Positions 53,913 through 61,080 of a DNA stretch of 64,000 nt are shown here, piece after piece. Where the stretch lies: NCBI GenBank assembly GCA_964456985.1, contig CAYWDH010000010.1, positions 850 through 64,849 on the forward strand. The letters run 5' to 3'. The number at the start of each line of letters is the position of its first letter. The first letter of the stretch is position 1. The notes beneath the pieces are model-generated. The model was not told where the DNA came from, did no database searches, and saw only the letters and a program-made list of their open reading frames with translations. Origin of the DNA: an uncultured Eubacteriales bacterium (lineage in GTDB: Bacteria; Acidobacteriota; Aminicenantia; Aminicenantales; Aminicenantaceae). The position numbers and the translations under genes are program-made.

Positions 53913-55931
53913 ATGAAAACCAAACGCCCCCTTCAATGCCCTTTGTTTGCTGCTTGTTTATTGATTTTTTTCCTTTTTTGCTCCCACTCCTCACGCCCCT
54001 TGTTCTCCGACTCTTTCCCTGCTCCTGCTCCCGCGCCTCAAGAAAAGAGCCTGACCATCATCCACACCAATGACCTCCACTCACATCTCCTGGGCCACTC
54101 CCCGAACACAGACTACTCGCCAGACATACTTAATGACGATGACACCTTAGGCGGTTGGGCCCGTATCGCCGTCGCTATACAAAGAGAAAAGGCAGCCCGG
54201 GAAAATCCGGTTCTTGTGCTGGATGCAGGCGATTTTCTTATGGGAACTCTTTTTCATATGATAAGCCGGGAAGAGGCCGTCGAGCTTGTGCTGATGAAAG
54301 AGATGGGCTTTGACCTCACCACCCTGGGAAACCACGAGTTTGATTTAAAACCCGCCGGATTATCCCGTATCCTGCGAGCGGCTGCATCAAAGGGTGGAAT
54401 GCCCCAGATCATTGCGTCGAACATGATCTTTGATCCTGTCGAAGAGGCAGATGACACCCTGGAGCAGGATTTCAATCAGGGACTTATCAAACCGTATGTG
54501 GTCTTAAAGAGGAGTGGGATCCGGATCGGGGTCTACGGACTACTCGGAGCTGATGCCACTGAGACAGCGCCTTTTGCATGGCCTGTGACATTCCGCGATA
54601 TCATTGAAACATCAGAGGAGATGGTGCAAACACTCCGGGAGAAGGAAGGGGTCGATCTTGTGATCTGCCTTTCCCATTCCGGGATTTGGGATGATAAGAA
54701 AAAGTCCGAAGACGAAATTCTGGCGAAAAAGGTCCCGGGCATAGACATCATCATAAGCGGACACACCCATACAAAACTCACAGAGCCGATCTTTCACAAC
54801 AACACCATCATTGTCCAGGCCGGAGACTACGGACGAAATGTTGGGGTTCTGGATTTTGCGGTCAATGAGGACCGCACGATTGTGTTTAAGGATTACCGTC
54901 TTTTAGAGATAAATGACTCGATCAAAGGAGACGAGCGGCTCACAAAGCTCATTGAGTCAGAAAAAGAGATGGTGGAGAACGAGGTGCTTAAGGACCGCCA
55001 CCTGAAGTTCTATCAGCCTCTGGCAGAAACAGATTTTGACCTTTGCCTGGAGGATGAGGAGACCGGACTGGGGAACCTGGTCACAGATGCCATACGCTGG
55101 GCCGTAAACAGGCGTGTTTACGAACCGGACCGCCCCTTATCAAAAGTAAGAGTCGCGCTTCAGTCTAACGGCCTTATCCGGAGCGATATTGTGAAAGGAA
55201 AGACCGGAGTGGTGGGCGTTTCAGACCTTTTCCGGGTGGAACCCCTGGGAATTGGTCTGGATGGCACAATGGGTTATCCGCTCCTTACCTTTTATCTTTA
55301 CGCTTCTGAGATCAAAAAGGCCATGGAAGTCGCTACATCCATTTATCCTATAAAAGGGAGTGATTATTTTCTCCAGTTTTCAGGGATCAAGGTGACTTAT
55401 AATCCAAAGCGCGTGATATTTGACAGGGTCACAGATATATGGATCGAAGGGAAAGACGGCACGTATAAGCCGTTGGATTATTCCCCTTCCAACAAAGAGC
55501 TTTACAGAGTGGCCTCCAATTATTTCAATTCTTCTTTTATCAAATTTGTGGGAAGTTATACAAAAAACATCCTGAAGATCGTACCCAAGGACGCAGAAGG
55601 AAATCCCATCCAGGACCTCGCAAATGCAAGAGTGGATGCTGACCCGGATACACCCGGGATACAGGAGCTTAAAGAATGGGAGACCTTGTTTAAATACATG
55701 GGGACTTTTGAGGACAGGGACGGAGACGGGCTCAATGAAATTTCCGAAAGATACAGCCTTACAGAGGGCCGTTTTGTTTCATCCCCGAGTCTCAATCCGA
55801 TAAAGCTGCTCAAACGCGGAAATTTTCTCACATGGCTTGCGTTTTGTGCATTTGTTTTAGGACTCGGTATTTTTTCCCTGCTGATCTATATTGTAGTAAA
55901 AAAAATAAGGGGACGGGCCCGGGCATCTTAA
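53913..55931 (+). CDS. Bifunctional metallophosphatase/5'-nucleotidase (UshA-like) with a C-terminal TM anchor
   Basis: It has the motifs IIHTNDLHSHL, DAGDF, GNHEFD and ISGHTH. The final RGRARAS codons and the stop come from repeat copy J. Confidence 0.85.
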   Translation: MKTKRPLQCPLFAACLLIFFLFCSHSSRPLFSDSFPAPAPAPQEKSLTIIHTNDLHSHLLGHSPNTDYSPDILNDDDTLGGWARIAVAIQREKAARENPVLVLDAGDFLMGTLFHMISREEAVELVLMKEMGFDLTTLGNHEFDLKPAGLSRILRAAASKGGMPQIIASNMIFDPVEEADDTLEQDFNQGLIKPYVVLKRSGIRIGVYGLLGADATETAPFAWPVTFRDIIETSEEMVQTLREKEGVDLVICLSHSGIWDDKKKSEDEILAKKVPGIDIIISGHTHTKLTEPIFHNNTIIVQAGDYGRNVGVLDFAVNEDRTIVFKDYRLLEINDSIKGDERLTKLIESEKEMVENEVLKDRHLKFYQPLAETDFDLCLEDEETGLGNLVTDAIRWAVNRRVYEPDRPLSKVRVALQSNGLIRSDIVKGKTGVVGVSDLFRVEPLGIGLDGTMGYPLLTFYLYASEIKKAMEVATSIYPIKGSDYFLQFSGIKVTYNPKRVIFDRVTDIWIEGKDGTYKPLDYSPSNKELYRVASNYFNSSFIKFVGSYTKNILKIVPKDAEGNPIQDLANARVDADPDTPGIQELKEWETLFKYMGTFEDRDGDGLNEISERYSLTEGRFVSSPSLNPIKLLKRGNFLTWLAFCAFVLGLGIFSLLIYIVVKKIRGRARAS

Positions 55932-56011
55932 ATATTATCAATAGCTTAACCCTACTTTTCCACAACCCCCTACCCTGGAGCATCGCCATTTTTGGGGGCA
56001 AAAATCAGCAG
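55909..56011 (+). repeat. ~100-nt repeat family, copy J
   Basis: It overlaps the 3' end of the nucleotidase ORF. Confidence 0.9.
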
Positions 56012-56102
56012 TTGCAGACTCCTATTTTCAAAGATTATGATGCCCCTGATTTCCTACTTGACAGGGCACCTTATCCTGTAATAGTTTTATAGAGAAGAGC
56101 CC

Positions 56103-57692
56103 ATGGATTTTATCTTTGATTCCTGCAGCCGAAGAGACTTTATTAAAATGTCTTCCACAGTTGGACTTGCAGGCCTTCTCTCTAGCTGCGGTCTGTTCCG
56201 CTCACTTCCCAATAAACCAAATGTTCTGTTTGTGATTGTGGATGATTTGAGGCCGGAGCTGGGATGTTACGGCAACCCGGAGATCAAGACTCCTCATTTC
56301 GACCGGTTTTCCACTGAGTCTGTTCTTTTTTCAAGAGCCTACTGCCAGGCAGCTGCCTGTGCCCCTTCGAGAGCCTGTGTTATGACAGGAAAACGGCCGG
56401 ACACCACTCGGGTCTGGAGTCTGGGAGATAAATTTCGTGAGCTCAATCCCGCGATTGTGACTATGCCCCAGCATTTTCACAAATTCGGTTATCATACGGT
56501 TTCCATGGGAAAGATCTTCCATAACCACATGCCGGACCCTGTGTCCTTTGATGAACCGGACCTCAGGCCCCCTGCCTTCAACACACCTGAGCTCAGGGAC
56601 CGAGATCCTGAGTCTTTTTATCATGATGAAGAGCTCAAAAGAGAGCTTGCAGAAGTCAGAAAACAGAGGCTGGCTGAAAATCCCAATGCCTATGCGGGAG
56701 GATGGGCTTACGGACAGTCTACAGAATGCTATGATGGCCCGGACAGCGAGTTCTATGATGGCGCCCAGACTGATCTGGCTCTTAATAAGTTAAAAGAGCT
56801 CAAAGGGAGGGAGGAGCCCTTTTATCTTGCTGTGGGGTATTACCGGCCTCATCTGCCTTTTGTGTCCCCTAAAAAGTATTGGGACCTCTACGACCGGCAG
56901 AAACTTTCTCTGGCTCCAAATCCGTTTCTTCCCAAAAATGCTCCGCTTTATGCTATGAATTCCGCCTATGAATTGACCGGATGTTATGACCTGGAGTGGG
57001 TCAAGCATCCATCGGTTGAGAAACTGCCTGAAGATACGGCGCGGCGTCTCAAACACGGATACTATGCCAGTGTGAGTTTTGTGGATGCCTGTTTTGGGAG
57101 GTTGATGGATGGATTGAAGCGCCTTGGACTTGATAAGAACACCGTGGTTGTGGTTTGGGGCGATCACGGCTGGAAATTAGGGGAACATGGAAGCTGGTGC
57201 AAGCAGACAAACTACAATATAGACACGCGGGTTCCTCTTTTTATAAAGGTCCCCGGATATAAAGCCATGGGCCGAGCTAGTGACAGTCTGGTGGAGCTGG
57301 TGGATCTTTACCCCACTCTATGTGATCTGGCTGGGATAAGCGTGCCGGATGATATGGAGGGGATCAGTCTGAAGCCCGTGCTTAAAAATCCGGAGGCTGA
57401 AGTCAAGTCAGCGGTGTTCAGCCAGTATCATCAGCGGCCTAAGGTCACGCCGGATGGGGGCCGGTACATGGGATACTCCATGGTCACGAGCCGCTATCAT
57501 TATGTGGAATGGTACACCTGGGACAATCAGCGCAAAGAGCGTGGGCAAAAAGTGGGAGTTGAGCTCTACGACAACCAAAACGATCCTCAGGAAAATCTCA
57601 ACATTGCGGATGAGCCCCGAAATCAGGCATTGGTGCAGAGTCTTTCTGAGCAGCTTAGAAACGGTTGGGGGGACGGGCCCGGGCATCTTTAA
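56103..57692 (+). CDS. Formylglycine-type sulfatase (iduronate-2-sulfatase-like) with a TAT signal
   Basis: It has the twin-arginine motif SRRDFIK, the active-site CAPSRA (C-x-P-x-R) and VVWGDHGW. The final GDGPGHL codons and the stop come from repeat copy K. Confidence 0.9.
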   Translation: MDFIFDSCSRRDFIKMSSTVGLAGLLSSCGLFRSLPNKPNVLFVIVDDLRPELGCYGNPEIKTPHFDRFSTESVLFSRAYCQAAACAPSRACVMTGKRPDTTRVWSLGDKFRELNPAIVTMPQHFHKFGYHTVSMGKIFHNHMPDPVSFDEPDLRPPAFNTPELRDRDPESFYHDEELKRELAEVRKQRLAENPNAYAGGWAYGQSTECYDGPDSEFYDGAQTDLALNKLKELKGREEPFYLAVGYYRPHLPFVSPKKYWDLYDRQKLSLAPNPFLPKNAPLYAMNSAYELTGCYDLEWVKHPSVEKLPEDTARRLKHGYYASVSFVDACFGRLMDGLKRLGLDKNTVVVVWGDHGWKLGEHGSWCKQTNYNIDTRVPLFIKVPGYKAMGRASDSLVELVDLYPTLCDLAGISVPDDMEGISLKPVLKNPEAEVKSAVFSQYHQRPKVTPDGGRYMGYSMVTSRYHYVEWYTWDNQRKERGQKVGVELYDNQNDPQENLNIADEPRNQALVQSLSEQLRNGWGDGPGHL

Positions 57693-57770
57693 TCATATCA
57701 ATAACATATCCAACTTTTCCACAGATCGCTACCCTGAAGCACCGCCATTTTTGGGGGGTAAAATCAGCCG
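57667..57770 (+). repeat. ~100-nt repeat family, copy K
   Basis: It lies between the convergent sulfatase and SDR genes and ends 3 nt before the SDR stop codon. Confidence 0.9.
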
Positions 57771-57773
57771 TTT

Positions 57774-58673
57774 TCACATCCGGTTCCCGCCGCCCACATA
57801 CAGGACCTGCCCCGTGATCCAGTCCGCCTGTACGGAGGCAAAGAACACAGCAGCCATAGCAATATCCTCGGGCTTTCCTATTCTTCTCAGGGGGTAACTG
57901 GCTGATAACTGTTTTACGAGCTCCTCAGGCATCCAGCCAGTCTGGACCGCACCCGGAGAAACCACATTGACCGTGATCCCATAAGGTCCCAGTTCTGATG
58001 CGGCTGCACGGGCATAGCTCTCAGCTCCATATTTGCTGGCCCCATAGGAGACATTTGAAGCGTGCCCTCCGGCTCCGTCCGTGGAGATATTAATGATCCG
58101 TCCCCATTTGAAATCGTTCTCTATATGCCGTTTTGCGTATTCAGCCATCATCAGAGCCACTGCGCGGCTGTTCACTGAGAAATGCTTATCATGCGAATTG
58201 GATGTGATGGGCTGAAGGCTGTATTCATTTACGAACAATGGACTCTTTTCTATTACCTTCTTTGGGAGAAATGTATCCGGCTGGTCAAAAGCCGCATTGT
58301 TCACAACGATTTGGACCTTGCCGAGGTGTTCTTCAGCAAGATCAAACATTCGGGGGATGTTGTCTGCATCAGAGAGGTCCGCTTCCCATGCGAAACAAGC
58401 CCCCCCTGATTCCTTGATCTTCTGTTCAATCCTGTCGGCTGACCGGGAGATCATTTTGCAGTAATAGGCTCTGCCGGGATTTACAGCTTTCCGGGCATTC
58501 TCTTCACTCTCCCCATAGAGCTCAGGATCTTGACGCAGAAAATTAATAAAGACTCTGGCGCCTTCCCTGGCAAATCTCAAGACCGCGGCCGCTCCGATTC
58601 CGTGATTGGCTCCTGTGACAATGACAACCTTATCTTTAAGTCCTGTATCGATCATTTTATCCCTTCCATACAA
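57774..58673 (-). CDS. SDR-family oxidoreductase
   Basis: It has TGANHGIGAA (TGxxxGxG), NNAA and YGASK (YxxxK). Confidence 0.9.
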   Translation of the reverse strand: MYGRDKMIDTGLKDKVVIVTGANHGIGAAAVLRFAREGARVFINFLRQDPELYGESEENARKAVNPGRAYYCKMISRSADRIEQKIKESGGACFAWEADLSDADNIPRMFDLAEEHLGKVQIVVNNAAFDQPDTFLPKKVIEKSPLFVNEYSLQPITSNSHDKHFSVNSRAVALMMAEYAKRHIENDFKWGRIINISTDGAGGHASNVSYGASKYGAESYARAAASELGPYGITVNVVSPGAVQTGWMPEELVKQLSASYPLRRIGKPEDIAMAAVFFASVQADWITGQVLYVGGGNRM

Positions 58674-58799
58674 AAAATTGCTCTTGAATTGAGGTCAGTT
58701 TACATTTTTACCCGAACTTTGTAAATGCAGATACATACTGAACATGATGTCAATATGCCCGACCGAATAAGCCTAAATAAAAAAAAATAAAAATTCTGC

Positions 58800-58828
58800 T
58801 TGACATATTAATAAGTTAATACTATTAT
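58800..58828 (+). promoter_or_regulatory. Sigma70-like promoter TTGACA-N17-TATTAT flanked by two AAGTTAAT direct repeats (candidate PadR operator)
   Basis: It was read directly. AAGTTAAT occurs at 58814-58821 and 58830-58837, about 60 nt upstream of the PadR TTG start. Confidence 0.4.
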
Positions 58829-58889
58829 AAAGTTAATGGTATTAATAAATGAAGAACAATGTTACATTATTTCTTAGAGGAGGTATAGA

Positions 58890-59261
58890 TTGGGTCAGGA
58901 AAACGAAATCAATAAGAAATTTCAGAAAGAATTGAACGCAGGCACGGCCTCGCTGGTTCTGCTCAGTATCCTTTCCCGGGCAGACGAGCCGCTCTATGGG
59001 TACAAGATCTCCAAACTCATGGACTCAGTGGATGATAAAGGCACTCCCATGATGAAACAGGGAGCCCTTTACCCTGTGCTGCGTTCACTCCACAGCAGCG
59101 GATTGCTGGATAGCTATGTGGATCCCTCTGTTTCAGGGCCGCCTCGCCGTTACTACAAAATCACGGATGCCGGTCTCAAGACCTTGAAAACCTGGAGGGA
59201 AATCTGGGATCAAACCAAAACATTTGTGGACCGGACTTTAAAGGGGAAAAGTCATGTGTAA
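58890..59261 (+). CDS. PadR-family transcriptional regulator
   Basis: It has LYGYKISKLM...GALYPVLRSLHSSGLL...RRYYKITDAG. It uses a TTG start after an AGAGGAGG RBS. Confidence 0.85.
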   Translation: MGQENEINKKFQKELNAGTASLVLLSILSRADEPLYGYKISKLMDSVDDKGTPMMKQGALYPVLRSLHSSGLLDSYVDPSVSGPPRRYYKITDAGLKTLKTWREIWDQTKTFVDRTLKGKSHV

Positions 59262-60144
59262 AAATGTCTCAGAATATTTAACGAAGCTCAGGAAAGAACT
59301 GGGCCAAAGCGTTGATCGATCCCTTATCCAGGATGCTCTCTCCGATGCTGAAACCCACCTCAGAAACGCTCTGGAAGAGGAACTGTCCGAAAATCCAAAT
59401 GTTTCCGAAGCCAAGCTCCTCACTCCCCTTATTGAAAAATACGGTACGCCCAGCGAGGTTGCCTCTGCATACAGGGCAATGGAACCTCATATCACATCTG
59501 CCCCAGGCCGCCTATATCGCCCCGGAAAAAGATCCCTTTTAGGAAAATTATTTAGCGTGCTGACTGAATCCAGTGCATGGGGCGCTTTCGTCTACCTTGT
59601 TTTTGCCTTTATTCCGGCCGTCATCTTCGGAGGCTGGGCTCTTTTTGCCGGACTCGCTTCTGCTTCCATGCTCGTTTTCATCATAGGACTCCCCCTCTTC
59701 GGAGGCTATCTTCTTTCCCTTCGAGGGATCGCGCTGCTGGAGGGCCGTATCATCGAAGCGTTCCTGGGAGTCCGCATGCCGCAAAGACCGCTGTTTTTTA
59801 AAAAAGGCCTTGGTTGGTGGGATAAATTCATGGCCTTAGTCAGGGACCCTTATTCCTGGAAGGCGCTAGTATATTTTGTGCTTCTTTTACCTCTGGGATT
59901 TATCTACACAGCTCTTTTCAGCCTGCTTTTCACCTTCTCTTTGATCTTTATCCTAAGTCCTGTGCTTGAACTTGTATTCCGCCTTCCGCTGGATCTGGTC
60001 GGAGATAATGTTTTCACACCTCTCTGGCTTTTGCCCTTCGTGTGTCTTGGCGGTCTCCTTCTCCTGCCGCTGACATTTCATTTGGCAAAGCTTTTCGGCA
60101 GAGTTCACGGCCGGTTCGCCAAATCCATGTTGGTACGAAAGTAA
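59254..60144 (+). CDS. PadR-associated membrane sensor-like protein (DUF1700/HAAS-like N-terminus + multi-TM domain), paralog 1
   Basis: The N-terminal helical module reads YLTKLRKEL...IQDALSDAETHLRNALEE...KYGTPSEVASAY, followed by 4-5 TM segments. It overlaps the PadR stop. Confidence 0.65.
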   Translation: MCKNVSEYLTKLRKELGQSVDRSLIQDALSDAETHLRNALEEELSENPNVSEAKLLTPLIEKYGTPSEVASAYRAMEPHITSAPGRLYRPGKRSLLGKLFSVLTESSAWGAFVYLVFAFIPAVIFGGWALFAGLASASMLVFIIGLPLFGGYLLSLRGIALLEGRIIEAFLGVRMPQRPLFFKKGLGWWDKFMALVRDPYSWKALVYFVLLLPLGFIYTALFSLLFTFSLIFILSPVLELVFRLPLDLVGDNVFTPLWLLPFVCLGGLLLLPLTFHLAKLFGRVHGRFAKSMLVRK

Positions 60145-60156
60145 AAGGATGGAAAC

Positions 60157-61080
60157 ATGATAAAAAACATCACAGAATATTTAGACAAACTCAAAGAAGA
60201 GATGAGAGGATGCGATCCGGCCATCATCCAGGATGCCCTCTCCGATGCTGAGGAGCACCTGCAGAACGCGCTGGAAGAAGCGTCGGTGGGCTCTCTGGAG
60301 ATTTCAGAGCAAGCCGCTCTGGAATCATCCATTGAAAGATACGGTACCCCAATGGAGGTTGCTTCAGCATACAGAGAGATCGAATCCCGCATGCGGCCTG
60401 CCCTGGCCCCTTCAGAACCCGCACGCACAAAAAAGCGCTCCTTTTGGGCAAAATTATTCGGCGCTGCCGGAGAATCCCGAACATGGGGAGCCTTTCTTTA
60501 TATCCTGATCTCCGGCCTTACAGCTGTCGTGTACGGGACATGGGCTCTTTTGGGGGGCGCGTTTTCTCTTTTTTCGCTCGTCTTGATCATCGGGATCCCT
60601 GTGACCGGCCTTTTCCTTCTCTCTCTCAGGGAGATCGCTCTTGTGGAAGGCCGCCTTATTGAAGCGCTCATCGGCATCCGCATGCCGCGAAAGCCGGTGT
60701 TTTTGCGCCGCGGCCTGAATTGGAGACAAAAATACAAAGCTCTGGTCACTGAATCTCACACCTGGAAAATCTTTGCCTATCTGATTCTGCATTTTCCTCT
60801 GGGTTTTACATATTTTTTTATCACCTTCATACTGCTTTCCCTGTCCCTTAAGTTCGCTCTTTATCCGGTCTGGTTTTGGGTGCTCGGGCGCCCCTTGATC
60901 ACCTTAAACCAGCCGTTCTATCCTAATCCATGGTTTATTCCTCTGATTGCAGTGTGCGGGATCGCCCTCTTCTTTGCCTCCCTCCATCTTATCCGATTCA
61001 TGGGCAGAATTCACGGCCGGTTTGCCAAATACATGCTGATAAGAAAGCAGGAACAGACACATCAAGGAGGCACGCCATGA
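60157..61080 (+). CDS. PadR-associated membrane sensor-like protein, paralog 2
   Basis: It has the same architecture and clear similarity to 59254-60144 (YLDKLKEEM...IQDALSDAEEHLQNALEE...RYGTPMEVASAY; C-terminal RIHGRFAKYML vs RVHGRFAKSML). Confidence 0.65.
   Translation: MIKNITEYLDKLKEEMRGCDPAIIQDALSDAEEHLQNALEEASVGSLEISEQAALESSIERYGTPMEVASAYREIESRMRPALAPSEPARTKKRSFWAKLFGAAGESRTWGAFLYILISGLTAVVYGTWALLGGAFSLFSLVLIIGIPVTGLFLLSLREIALVEGRLIEALIGIRMPRKPVFLRRGLNWRQKYKALVTESHTWKIFAYLILHFPLGFTYFFITFILLSLSLKFALYPVWFWVLGRPLITLNQPFYPNPWFIPLIAVCGIALFFASLHLIRFMGRIHGRFAKYMLIRKQEQTHQGGTP

Noticed and set aside
30232-57770. The repeat family might be a CRISPR array.
   Set aside because: The copies are ~100 nt long and irregularly spaced, 0.8 to 6 kb apart. 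Whole genes separate them, one copy is inverted, and there are no cas genes.
30232-57770. The repeat family might be integron attC sites, with the intervening genes as cassettes.
   Set aside because: There is no imperfect inverted-repeat architecture with RYYYAAC/GTTRRRY core sites and no intI gene. The would-be cassettes include a three-gene 5.7-kb efflux operon and genes in both orientations.
39164-57770. The repeat might simply be a rho-independent terminator.
   Set aside because: Only some copies form a convincing GC stem. The T-run lies inside the loop and not after the stem, and the sequence following the stem is A-rich on the gene strand. Terminator function is not excluded, but the canonical signature does not support it.
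60930-61076. The ORF-track N-terminal extension of the FtsX permease. The analogous cases are 17810-17890 for the B12-rSAM and 534-560, 1438-1467, 45718-45783 and 53113-53139 for other genes.
   Set aside because: The extensions overlap upstream genes or lack an RBS. Internal Met codons with good RBS or ATGA coupling give canonical N-termini.
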